The notes under the pieces: model-generated | The model's input: only the letters and a program-made list of their open reading frames with translations | Database searches by the model: none | Told to the model about the DNA's origin: nothing | Shown: positions 28,240 through 37,812 of the stretch, in pieces | How positions within the stretch are numbered: position 1 is the first letter of the stretch | How the letters are laid out: each line of letters opens with the position of its first letter | Origin: an uncultured Bacillales bacterium | GTDB lineage: Bacteria; Bacillota_I; Bacilli_A; RF39; UBA660 | Length of the DNA: 64,000 nucleotides | Direction of reading: 5' to 3' | NCBI GenBank assembly: GCA_946624985.1 | Contig: CAMOSQ010000004.1 | Coordinates: 7,034-71,033 of the forward strand | Program-made: the position numbers and the translations under genes

Positions 28240-29367
28240 ATGAAACTTAAAAACTTTAAAGTAGATAAATGGTTATTAATAATACTATTACTTTTCAGTA
28301 CGATAAGTATATTAACCATTGGAAGTGCACAAAAATTAATATATGAAAATGATTTAATGACAAGACAAATAATTTGGTACATAATAGGATTCATATTAAT
28401 AATTATTGTAATGAAAATCAAAAATAACTTTTTTATAAAAAATATTTGGATTTTATACATTATAGGAATAATCCTATTAACACTTTTATTAATATTTGGA
28501 ACACCTGTTAACAATGCAAAATGCTGGTTTACAATACCAGGAATTGGAACATTTCAACCAAGCGAATTTGTAAAAATAATATTAATTATTACATTAGCAA
28601 GCATGATAAACAAATTCAATACGGAATACCAAAAACCATCCAGCTTACAAGAATTTACCTTCATTTTAAAAATTTTAATTGTAGTGTTAATACCTAGCAT
28701 TTTAACATTTCTACAACCAGATACAGGTGTAGTATTAATATACTTATTAATTACATTTATAATGTTATTTATATCAGGAATAAGATATAGATGGTTTGTA
28801 CTAGCAATAACAATATTAGTGCTAGCTATAGGAAGTGTTGTAACAATTTATTTCATAGATAAAGATCTATTTATAAAAATATTTGGAACTTCATTCTTCT
28901 TAAGAATAGATAGATTACTAGACTGGTCAAATAGCAGTGGATATCAACTTGAAAATGGTCTTTCAGCAATCGGTTCAGGAGGATTACTAGGATATGGATT
29001 AAACAATACACCAATATACTTTCCAGAGCCACAAACAGACTTTATATTCGCAGTATATGCATCAAATTTTGGCTTTATTGGATCATTATTATTGCTATTA
29101 CTAATAGGTTTTTTCGATATAAAACTAATACTACTTGCACTAAAAACAAAAAACAATATAAACAAATATATAATATCAGGAATAATAGGAATGCTTATAT
29201 ATCAACAAGTTCAAAACATAGGAATGACTATAGGACTACTACCAATAACAGGGATAACACTTCCATTTATATCATATGGAGGATCAAGTCTACTAAGTTA
29301 TATGTTAATGTTAGGATTCATATTTAACATTTCAAATGAAGTAATAAAAGAAGAAAGAAACAAATAA
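28240..29367 (+). CDS. SEDS-family protein (FtsW/RodA/SpoVE)
   Basis: Ten-TM SEDS-typical sequence (QPSEFVKI, DTGV, GGSS). Confidence 0.9.
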   Translation: MKLKNFKVDKWLLIILLLFSTISILTIGSAQKLIYENDLMTRQIIWYIIGFILIIIVMKIKNNFFIKNIWILYIIGIILLTLLLIFGTPVNNAKCWFTIPGIGTFQPSEFVKIILIITLASMINKFNTEYQKPSSLQEFTFILKILIVVLIPSILTFLQPDTGVVLIYLLITFIMLFISGIRYRWFVLAITILVLAIGSVVTIYFIDKDLFIKIFGTSFFLRIDRLLDWSNSSGYQLENGLSAIGSGGLLGYGLNNTPIYFPEPQTDFIFAVYASNFGFIGSLLLLLLIGFFDIKLILLALKTKNNINKYIISGIIGMLIYQQVQNIGMTIGLLPITGITLPFISYGGSSLLSYMLMLGFIFNISNEVIKEERNK

Positions 29368-29427
29368 AAGCATATGAAAAGAATTGAAAAGCCATAAATT
29401 GAATATCTCAAATTATGGCCTTATTAT

Positions 29428-30912
29428 TTAATCATCTAATCTATGTTGTAAAACTTCTATTTCTTGCTTTAGTTCATTATTTTCATTCTTTAATTCATTT
29501 ATTCTTTCTTCATATGAACTTACTATTCTACTATCTTCTAATTTATTTATATAATTACTAAAATTATTTTTCAATTTTTCAATATTTGATTTATTTGTAT
29601 AAACTGTCATTTTTTCTATAGAACTATTTATTGGAATTATCTTTTTATCATTAAGATTCTTAATAAACTCTTTCGCAATATCTATTGGATTATCACAATA
29701 AGACCATGCAACTATATTATTATTATAATTATTATCCTCAATATCACAATATCTATTTATTTGATATTCTATTTTAATATTTTTGTCTTCAGTTTCTATA
29801 TACTCTACTTCACCATAATTATTTGTTATTATTAAATCATCTTTCATTTCATATTCTCTAGAAACTGTTTTAAGTATATTCTCTTTATCAGATAATAAAT
29901 CAAATGAAAGTGTTCCAATAAATATTAATCCACACCCTACTCCAAATGTAATTAATGAAACTATAAAACTCCAAATCATTCTTTTCTTATCATTTTTTCT
30001 ATTAAATACAAAGTTTATTATTAATAATAATATTACTATTTCTATTACACTAGAAGATAAAATTGTAACTAATAATCCTACAAAGAACAATCCTGTTTTA
30101 CATAAAAGAAATGAAACAATAAATGAGCCAAATAAACATACTAATACAAAAGCAATACATAATCCAAACCATAATGCAAATAACTTAATTATTAAAATTA
30201 TAAACTTAAACATCATATTAATAAAACTATATTCACTATGACGTAAATCTCTAATTATTATTTTATCATTATTATTAAATGATATTTTTTCTTCTGTTTT
30301 ATCACTTTCTAATACTTCTTTTTTATTTTCTTCTTTTTCAACTTTATTTTCCTTTATTTTCTCATAATAATCTAAATATCTTACCTTAAAAATATGAGTA
30401 ATTATTATAACTGAAACAACTGCTAAAGCAATTACTACTATAGATTTCAATAAACTAATTAAAAATGTATAAATAATATTTGGTAGAATAATTAATATAC
30501 TACTAAATAAAGACGATAAAATATTATAAATAATAAATGAAGCCATAAATAATATAAATGAAATAATAAACTCTTCAAATAAGCATTTTACCTTACTTTT
30601 AAAACTCATATTACTAAACATATTAATTGAATTAGTAATAAACTTTAAAAAATCATTAATAAAGTTATTTAGGTTTTTCTTGCTTTCTTCTTCCCCCTTT
30701 ACCTCTTTAATATCCTTATGTAATAAATCATCAATATTTAAATTAAATTTATCACATAAAGCAATTATTTTATCCATCTCTGGATATGCAGCACCTGATT
30801 CCCACTTAGATATAGCCTGACGAGATACTCCAAGTTCATCAGCTAGCTGCTCTTGTGAAAGATTATTCTCTTTTCTAATCTTTCTTAAATTTTCTTTAAA
30901 ATTATTGTTCAT
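29428..30912 (-). CDS. XRE-family HTH regulator fused to a polytopic membrane domain and a C-terminal coiled coil
   Basis: HTH LSQEQLADELGVSRQAISKWESG. ATG at 30912 follows AAGGAGG. Confidence 0.75.
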   Translation of the reverse strand: MNNNFKENLRKIRKENNLSQEQLADELGVSRQAISKWESGAAYPEMDKIIALCDKFNLNIDDLLHKDIKEVKGEEESKKNLNNFINDFLKFITNSINMFSNMSFKSKVKCLFEEFIISFILFMASFIIYNILSSLFSSILIILPNIIYTFLISLLKSIVVIALAVVSVIIITHIFKVRYLDYYEKIKENKVEKEENKKEVLESDKTEEKISFNNNDKIIIRDLRHSEYSFINMMFKFIILIIKLFALWFGLCIAFVLVCLFGSFIVSFLLCKTGLFFVGLLVTILSSSVIEIVILLLIINFVFNRKNDKKRMIWSFIVSLITFGVGCGLIFIGTLSFDLLSDKENILKTVSREYEMKDDLIITNNYGEVEYIETEDKNIKIEYQINRYCDIEDNNYNNNIVAWSYCDNPIDIAKEFIKNLNDKKIIPINSSIEKMTVYTNKSNIEKLKNNFSNYINKLEDSRIVSSYEERINELKNENNELKQEIEVLQHRLDD

Positions 30913-31013
30913 AATTTTCCTCCTTTTCACCATAATTTTATAATTTCTACTGGTTGCATTCTACCATCTTTAGGTTGTTTTTTGTAAAATGTTGGTTGCA
31001 TTTACTATTATAT

Positions 31014-31043
31014 CAAAAAGATTATAGAAATTAATCTATAATT
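31014..31043. repeat. 30-nt direct repeat copy 1 (terminator-like hairpin attataga-aattaa-tctataat)
   Basis: Matches 32417-32446 at 29 of 30 positions. Confidence 0.85.
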
Positions 31044-31065
31044 CATAATACGATAGTTATTTACA

Positions 31066-32085
31066 TCATACTAATTCCATATTTTTCTTTTCATTCTCTA
31101 TAATATCAATAAATTCTTTTTCACTTGGAATTGTTAATCTAAATTCTGATGAAAAAATCGTTTTATTATCTTCTGGTAATGTATATTTTACTACTGTTTC
31201 ATTTTTACTTGTAGAAAGTAGTATTCCTATTGTTTTATTTTCATTTTCTTGCTTTACATCCCTGTCGTAATAGTTTACATACATCTGCATTTGTCCAATA
31301 TCTTGATGAGTTACTTTACCTACCTTTAAATCTATTATTACAAAACATTTTAGTATTCTATTATAGAATACTAGATCAGGATAGAAATGTTCTGTATCTA
31401 TAGTTATTCTTACTTGACTTCCTATAAAAGCAAATCCCTTACCCAGTTCCAATAAAAATTCTTTTAGATGTTCTAGTATATTTTTTTCTAAATCTGATTC
31501 TAAATAATCTATATTTTCTTTTAAATCTAAAAATTCAAGTACAAAAGGATCTTTTATGATATCTTTAGGTTGGTATAGTTTATGTCCTTTAGTAGATAGT
31601 TCTGATAGTTTTTCTTTATCTTTAGATAAAGCTAATCTTTCATATAATAAAGTTGTCCTTTGTCTTTGAAGTTCTTCAACAGTCCATCCCGATTCTATAC
31701 ATTCTTTCATATAAAAATTTCTTTTATCATCCTCTTTTATTTTTATTAATTCTAAATAATGGGTCCAACTCAATTGCGACATTATTGATGTCGCAATTGG
31801 ATAACACATATAAAACTTTCGCATTCTTTCCAAATTTCTCTTTGAAAAACCTTTACCAAAATACTCTGTTAACTTTTTTGATATTCCTTCTATTAATAAA
31901 TCACCATATTTTGCTCGCGAATTTCCTTTCTGTTTTTCAACAATCATTTTTCCTATATTCCAGTGTAAACTAATCATCTCAGTATTAACTGTTTTATATA
32001 CTCTATTTCTACTTTGTTCAACTAATTCTTTAATATTATCAAATAAAATATTAATTTCATTTTCATTAATTAATTCATTTTCCAT
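31066..32085 (-). CDS. DUF1016/YhcG-like PD-(D/E)XK nuclease family protein
   Basis: The C-terminal DLVFYNRILKCFVIIDLKVGK restriction-endonuclease-like core and the N-terminal YhcG-type helical domain. Confidence 0.78.
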   Translation of the reverse strand: MENELINENEINILFDNIKELVEQSRNRVYKTVNTEMISLHWNIGKMIVEKQKGNSRAKYGDLLIEGISKKLTEYFGKGFSKRNLERMRKFYMCYPIATSIMSQLSWTHYLELIKIKEDDKRNFYMKECIESGWTVEELQRQRTTLLYERLALSKDKEKLSELSTKGHKLYQPKDIIKDPFVLEFLDLKENIDYLESDLEKNILEHLKEFLLELGKGFAFIGSQVRITIDTEHFYPDLVFYNRILKCFVIIDLKVGKVTHQDIGQMQMYVNYYDRDVKQENENKTIGILLSTSKNETVVKYTLPEDNKTIFSSEFRLTIPSEKEFIDIIENEKKNMELV

Positions 32086-32146
32086 AGTATCATCCTTTCT
32101 AAACTTAATTTATATCTTTTATAATAAAACTATACAACCTCATAAT

Positions 32147-32357
32147 ATGACCAACTCAATTCGCTCATAATTGATGAGCGAATTGGATAACATATCTAGA
32201 ATTGTCTCATTCTTCTTAAATCTTTTATAGAAAAATCCTTAGCAAAATATTTTGTTAATCATCTCAGTATTACTGTTTTATATACTCTATTTCTACATTG
32301 TTCAACTAATTCTTTACTATTCTTAAACAAAATGTTTATTTCATTGTAATAGTTCAT
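32147..32357 (-). pseudogene. 5' fragment of a second DUF1016/YhcG gene (internal ~100-nt deletion, frameshifted, truncated)
   Basis: Nucleotide similarity to 31761-32085. It reads MNYYNEINILFKNSKELVEQCRNRVYKTV then a stop, and later ...YPIRSSIMSELSWS, compared with YPIATSIMSQLSWT in the intact copy. Confidence 0.65.
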
Positions 32358-32416
32358 AAAATTTTCCTTCCTATAATAATCATACGACATAAAAATAAAA
32401 AATCCTTAATTTAGCA

Positions 32417-32446
32417 CAAAAAAATTATAGAAATTAATCTATAATT
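32417..32446. repeat. 30-nt direct repeat copy 2; abuts the stop codon of the pilin-like gene and acts as its terminator
   Basis: Matches 31014-31043 at 29 of 30 positions. On the minus strand the hairpin is followed by U7. Confidence 0.85.
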
Positions 32447-34399
32447 TTAAGAATTAGCTTCCCATATAGCCTTTAATGTATGGTCCTTATCCTGTACAAC
32501 AGGTGTAGCACTCGTTATATAATATGGTTCATACTCAGTAACAGTATTCCCTTCTTCTATTTGTAAATTATATATTCTTATTCTTGAGTATACACCTGCA
32601 CCATCTTTCAAATATCTATTAGAATATGTATAAAACACATACTTTGATTCAGGCAAATTTACATTTGATTGCGTAGTGAATACTTTTTCAAAATGATATT
32701 TTTCCCCAGCTAATATATAATAACCATCTCCACTCATTAAATAAATACCTGGTTGCGACGCCTGACTATATAAATAAAATCCTAAATTTCCGCTATATTT
32801 TGAGTCATATTCTGGTACACTTATACCTTCAATATCATATGAAATTGAGTATTGAGTATTTGGTTTCAAATTATTTGTAACCCAATCATTATTAAAAGAT
32901 GTTCTTGCCCATGCCTGAAAAGGTATATCATCTCCTATACCTGGAATTTCTGACATAGATTTATCAATTATATTCTTCCCATTCCATCCTTTAAAAGTAT
33001 AACCTTCTCTAGTAGGAACAGGTAACTCTCCATATGCATCATGATAAGATACCTCTTTTGTAGTTTGAGATACTGTTCCACCATTAGGATCAAATGTAAC
33101 AACATACTTTCTCTTATAATCTTGACTAGAAGAATCACTATTTACTATAGCTACTCTAAAAGTAGTATTAGGATCAATTACTTTTGAATTTTGATAATTA
33201 AATATTGAATTACCACCTCTAGTTAAATATAAATTTTCACTAGTTGGAAATGAATTATCATTTGACCAATTATTAGTTTCAGATAATGAATATCCTAAAG
33301 AATATTGATTTTCATTATCCATTATTATAAATTCTTTATTACCAGATAAATTATAAATACCAGTATTATTACCAGTTGAAGAATTATCACTTAAATTTCC
33401 ATATATAGAATTTGTAAGATATGCTAACGCTCCCCACTCACTATTTCTAACCATATGAGTATTAACACCTTTTAATCCATATATATTATTTTGATTTGTC
33501 ATTGAAAGAATCTTATCATTAGCGCTTACATAATCAATATTAGTCCAAGCGGTACCACTTTTAACAATAATACTATCATTACTATTACTAGCCTCATACT
33601 TACCGACCCATATACCAGATAACTCATGATTATTATATGTAAATGCAGGATGAGTTAACCATTGTCCAGGAGATGTTCCTAAAGACTTAGAAGTAGTAAC
33701 ACTTTCAAAAGCAATATTAATAGGAGTAACACTATTAGAACTAAATAACTGATATCTAAATCTAGGAATCCATACAAAATAACCTAAAATATCATCATCA
33801 TTTATAACAGTACCAAATGGTGCCTCTAAATACTCATATCTACTATGAGAATTATCACCATCTTTAGTTTCTTTAACAACAACAGCATTTGCCCAATTCT
33901 TATTCAAATAATTATACCACTTAGAATTAACATCAGCCTTTTTCCAAGAACCATCCTCATAAATAACAGGAATCATATTATCAGCAAGCTCGGGCTTACT
34001 AACAAACTGAATAATTTGAGTACAATCATTCTTATCAACAAGCTCATACTGAAATCCATTATAAGTAGCATTATAAGTCGATTTAACAACATTAGAATAA
34101 TCAATTTCATTACCATTAACATCCTTAAAAGGAGTCTCTAATACACCATCATTAATAAGAGTTTGAACAGGAATACAATAAGTACTACCATTTGCCTCAA
34201 AACTATTAGTATAAAATGCTGAATGATTTTCAATATATACATCAGTTGCATTCGCTAATAACTGCATATTAGCTTCGCTAATTTCACCCTTCTTTTTATT
34301 TATACTAGACGCAATATTAGGTATAACAATCAAAGATATTAAAACAATTAACGTAACAACACTTAAAAGTTCAATTAAAGTAAAACCCTTCTTATTCAT
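32447..34399 (-). CDS. prepilin-type N-terminal domain protein with an FGE-sulfatase/C-lectin-like module, a Listeria-Bacteroides (Flg_new) repeat and a C-terminal beta-rich domain
   Basis: MNKKG/FTLIELLSVV class III signal. GIWVGKYEAS, NSEWGALAYL, GIYNLSGN and TRGG resemble the FGE/SUMF1 fold. YVVTFDPNGGTV...PTREGYTFKGWNG is the Flg_new repeat. Confidence 0.72.
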   Translation of the reverse strand: MNKKGFTLIELLSVVTLIVLISLIVIPNIASSINKKKGEISEANMQLLANATDVYIENHSAFYTNSFEANGSTYCIPVQTLINDGVLETPFKDVNGNEIDYSNVVKSTYNATYNGFQYELVDKNDCTQIIQFVSKPELADNMIPVIYEDGSWKKADVNSKWYNYLNKNWANAVVVKETKDGDNSHSRYEYLEAPFGTVINDDDILGYFVWIPRFRYQLFSSNSVTPINIAFESVTTSKSLGTSPGQWLTHPAFTYNNHELSGIWVGKYEASNSNDSIIVKSGTAWTNIDYVSANDKILSMTNQNNIYGLKGVNTHMVRNSEWGALAYLTNSIYGNLSDNSSTGNNTGIYNLSGNKEFIIMDNENQYSLGYSLSETNNWSNDNSFPTSENLYLTRGGNSIFNYQNSKVIDPNTTFRVAIVNSDSSSQDYKRKYVVTFDPNGGTVSQTTKEVSYHDAYGELPVPTREGYTFKGWNGKNIIDKSMSEIPGIGDDIPFQAWARTSFNNDWVTNNLKPNTQYSISYDIEGISVPEYDSKYSGNLGFYLYSQASQPGIYLMSGDGYYILAGEKYHFEKVFTTQSNVNLPESKYVFYTYSNRYLKDGAGVYSRIRIYNLQIEEGNTVTEYEPYYITSATPVVQDKDHTLKAIWEANS

Positions 34400-34517
34400 A
34401 CCATTACCTCTCTATCTTTAATTATTTTATCAATAAATTAAAATTTTTACAAGATTATTATTATTTTGTTGCATTTACAGAACTAATTATGCTATAGTTA
34501 ATTTAAGGGTGAATAAA

Positions 34518-34772
34518 ATGAAAGAAAACATAGAAAACTATAACTTAGAAAACAAACTAGAACAAGACTTCATCTATGAATTTGCATGTCTAAGACATGA
34601 TTTAAATTTAACACAACAACAAATGGCAGATATATCAAAAGTACTAAGAGATAAAATTGCAAAAATAGAAGCAGGAATATACTCTCCTAATATTAAAAGT
34701 TTATTCAAAATATTAGGGCCACATGGATATACAATCAAAATAGAAAAAATTAAGGAGGAAGACTATGAATAA
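34518..34772 (+). CDS. XRE-family HTH protein
   Basis: HTH LTQQQMADISKVLRDKIAKIEAG. Overlaps the dinD-like start by 8 nt. Confidence 0.78.
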   Translation: MKENIENYNLENKLEQDFIYEFACLRHDLNLTQQQMADISKVLRDKIAKIEAGIYSPNIKSLFKILGPHGYTIKIEKIKEEDYE

Positions 34773-35589
34773 TTTAGAAATTAATAATAAATTTGAGAAT
34801 ATCAAACATATAGATGAATTTGGTAATGATTTTTGGTATGCAAGAGAACTTATGGTTACTCTGGAATATAAAAAATGGGATAAGTTTTGTAATGTAATTA
34901 ATCAAGCAATTACAGCCTGTGAAACTAGTAAAAACAATGTCTCAGACCATTTTCTCCAAGTGGGGAAAATGGTCGATATAGGTTCAAAAACCACAAGAGA
35001 AATATCAGATTATAAACTATCTCGTTATGCTTGTTACTTGATAGTCCAAAATTCAGATTCAAGAAAAAAAGTCGTTGCACTAGGACAAACATATTTTGCA
35101 ATAAAAACAAGAATACAAGAATTAACAGAACAAGAATATGAAACTCTAAGCGAAGAAAAAAAGAGACTATACAGAAGAAATCAAACAAAAAAAGGAAATC
35201 TAGCATTAAACAGAACAGCAGTAAAAAGTGGAGTTAAAAATTTAGCAGAATTCCATAATGCAGGTTATAAAGGTCTATATAATGGTGAAACCGCTAATGA
35301 CATAGCCAAAAGAAAAGAATTACGATACAGAGAAGATATTTTGGATAATATGGGTAGCGAAGAATTAATTGCCAATTTATTTAGAATATCACAAACAGAA
35401 GCAAAACTAAAAAGAGACAACATAGATAATGAGTATACTGCTAACAGTGTACACTATGAAGTTGGAAACAAAATTAGAAATACAATAAAAGAATTAGGTG
35501 GAACAATGCCAGAAGACTTACCCACTCCAGAAAAAAGCTTAAAAGAATTAGAAAAACAAGTAAACAAAGAAAATTTTTCACTAACTTAA
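34765..35589 (+). CDS. dinD: DNA damage-inducible protein D (DinD) family protein, copy 1
   Basis: FWYARELM...KLSRYACYLIVQNSDSRK...GYKGLYNGETA...MGSEELIANLFRISQTE matches the DinD family pattern. Paralog of 59726-60547. Confidence 0.78.
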   Translation: MNNLEINNKFENIKHIDEFGNDFWYARELMVTLEYKKWDKFCNVINQAITACETSKNNVSDHFLQVGKMVDIGSKTTREISDYKLSRYACYLIVQNSDSRKKVVALGQTYFAIKTRIQELTEQEYETLSEEKKRLYRRNQTKKGNLALNRTAVKSGVKNLAEFHNAGYKGLYNGETANDIAKRKELRYREDILDNMGSEELIANLFRISQTEAKLKRDNIDNEYTANSVHYEVGNKIRNTIKELGGTMPEDLPTPEKSLKELEKQVNKENFSLT

Positions 35590-35616
35590 AATAGAAAAAA
35601 ACTAAGAAGGAAGATC

Positions 35617-35850
35617 GTGAATAATAACAATGAATTATTAATCTATGAATCAAATGATGGAAAAATCAAATTAGATATTAACTTAGAAAATGAAACAGTA
35701 TGGTTATCATTAGACCAAATGGTAAGACTATTTGGAAGAGACAAATCGGTTATTTCAAGACATATAAAAAATATTTTTGTCGAAAGTGAATTAAATGAAA
35801 ACAGCACATGTTCCATTTTGGAACATGTGGATAATAAATATATTCAAAAA
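35617..35850 (+). pseudogene. N-terminal fragment of a RhuM-family gene
   Basis: NELLIYESNDGKIKLDINLENETVWLSLDQMVRLFGRDKSVISRHIKNIF matches RhuM N-termini. The family is several-fold longer, and the ORF tail here is just read-through antisense to rpmF. Confidence 0.6.
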
Positions 35851-35857
35851 AAAACAA

Positions 35858-36046
35858 CTACTCTTCAGTTGTTTCTTTTTTTACTACTTCTTTACCTTTG
35901 TAAGTTCCACATTCTGAACAAACTCTATGTGGTCTAACTGGAGCTCCACACTTTGGACAACTTACAGTAGCGTTTTCACTAATTTTGTAATGAGTTCTTC
36001 TTTTTCTACCTCTAGTTTTACTAACTTTTCTAAATGGTACAGCCAT
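35858..36046 (-). CDS. rpmF: 50S ribosomal protein L32
   Basis: Begins [17 protein letters not shown] and carries a CxxC...CxxC zinc ribbon. Confidence 0.95.
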   Translation of the reverse strand: MAVPFRKVSKTRGRKRRTHYKISENATVSCPKCGAPVRPHRVCSECGTYKGKEVVKKETTEE

Positions 36047-36061
36047 TCTAACACCTCTTTC

Positions 36062-36538
36062 TTATAATAAATCTTTTAATTTTTCTAATTCTGGATTTAC
36101 ACTTTTGACTTCATCAGTCACAAAACGCCATCCATCTCCTTTAAGATTGTCTAATTTAGCATTTGGACTAACAACTCTCATGGGAATTTCCATTAATATA
36201 TTTTCCCATATTATTGGTAAAATATCAATAGTATTTTCTATTTTTTTATCATTTTTTAACTCTTCTAATATGTTTTCAAGCTTGTCATCAACAACAAAAC
36301 TAAAATTATGAAGAACTTCTTCTAAAGTAATCGCGCATGGAAGAACCATTACTCCACTAACAGATAAATATAAACAAATATCATCCATACTATCTTTAGT
36401 AAGATTTCCACTAACATGAACATCCCTTAAATCAATTAAATCAGTTCCTGAAAAATCAAAACCATCAAAAGAAATATCCTCGTTAATTTCAATAACCTTA
36501 TCAACATTATTTTTAAGTCTTAATAAATCAATATTCAT
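36062..36538 (-). CDS. yceD: YceD/DUF177 family protein
   Basis: Conserved position upstream of rpmF and an acidic DUF177-like sequence. Confidence 0.82.
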   Translation of the reverse strand: MNIDLLRLKNNVDKVIEINEDISFDGFDFSGTDLIDLRDVHVSGNLTKDSMDDICLYLSVSGVMVLPCAITLEEVLHNFSFVVDDKLENILEELKNDKKIENTIDILPIIWENILMEIPMRVVSPNAKLDNLKGDGWRFVTDEVKSVNPELEKLKDLL

Positions 36539-36625
36539 ATTTCACCACCAAGCAAGAACAATTATACAAAATTTTTTTAATAAAATCAAGCAAAATATGA
36601 TATTATATTACATGAGGTGAAACAC

Positions 36626-37762
36626 ATGACCACTATAGGAATAATATGTGAATATAACCCATTCCATAATGGACATATATACCATATAAAAAAAATAAAA
36701 GAACTATATCCCAACTCAACAATAATACTAGTAATGAGTGGAAACTTCACACAAAGAGGAGACACAAGTCTAATAAACAAATGGGATAAAACAAAAATTG
36801 CGCTAGAAAACAAAATAGATTTAGTAATAGAAATGCCATTCGTATTTTCAACACAAGGAGCAGACATATTTGCTAAAGGTGGAATACAAATACTAAACAA
36901 TTTAAAAGTTGACAAATTAATATTTGGAAGTGAATCAAACAATATAGAACAACTTACAAAATGTGCAAAAATACAATTAACTGAAGAATATGATAAAAAA
37001 ACACTTGAATACGTAAATAATGGTCTTAACTACCCTACAGCTACATCACTTGCGCTAAAAGAACTAGGAGGAACACAAATAGAAGATCCAAATGATATAC
37101 TAGGAATTTGTTATATAAAAGAAATAATAAAACAAAAAAGTAATATAGAACCTATTACAATAAAAAGAACAAATAATTATCATGATAAACACTTAAATAA
37201 AATATCAAGTGCAACCGCAATACGAAAAGCTTTAAAAGAAAATAAAGATATAAAAAAATATATTCCAAAAGAAACAATAAAAAATATAAATAAAGATTGC
37301 TTTATAGAAAATTACTATAAATACCTAAAATATAAAATAATAACAGAAGATAATCTAGAAAAATATGAAACAGTAGATGACAAAATAAAATATAGAATAA
37401 AAAAATACATATATGAATCTAACACACTAGATGAATTCATAGAAAAAGTAAAAACAAAAAGATACACATACAATAGAATTAAAAGAATGCTACTACATAT
37501 ACTATGTAACTTCACAAAAGAAGAAAACAAAAAATGTAAAGATATACACTATATTAGAATACTAGGATTTAATGAATCAGGTAAAAAATACTTACACAAA
37601 ATAAAAAAGCAAACAAATATACCAATAATAAGTACATTTGGAAATATTAAAGATTTAATGCTAGACATAGAACTAAGATCAACCTGCATATATTCATTAA
37701 TATTTAAAAATCAAAATGAAATAATTAAAAGCGAATACAAAAACAAGCCAATTATAAAATAG
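36626..37762 (+). CDS. tmcAL: tRNA(Met) cytidine acetate ligase (YlbM/TmcAL family nucleotidyltransferase)
   Basis: GIICEYNPFHNGHIYHI motif, and divergent from yceD-rpmF as in Bacillus ylbM. Confidence 0.8.
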   Translation: MTTIGIICEYNPFHNGHIYHIKKIKELYPNSTIILVMSGNFTQRGDTSLINKWDKTKIALENKIDLVIEMPFVFSTQGADIFAKGGIQILNNLKVDKLIFGSESNNIEQLTKCAKIQLTEEYDKKTLEYVNNGLNYPTATSLALKELGGTQIEDPNDILGICYIKEIIKQKSNIEPITIKRTNNYHDKHLNKISSATAIRKALKENKDIKKYIPKETIKNINKDCFIENYYKYLKYKIITEDNLEKYETVDDKIKYRIKKYIYESNTLDEFIEKVKTKRYTYNRIKRMLLHILCNFTKEENKKCKDIHYIRILGFNESGKKYLHKIKKQTNIPIISTFGNIKDLMLDIELRSTCIYSLIFKNQNEIIKSEYKNKPIIK

Positions 37763-37812
37763 TTGGCTTTTAATTTTAAATTATGATATTATTATAATGG
37801 AGAGTGTACAAT

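Noticed and set aside
32900-33700. Diversity-generating retroelement target: an Asn-rich C-lectin/FGE-like domain in the pilin-like protein.
   Set aside because: I found no reverse transcriptase gene and no template-repeat copy of the region anywhere in the 64 kb. High AAT/AAC content is expected from the base composition.
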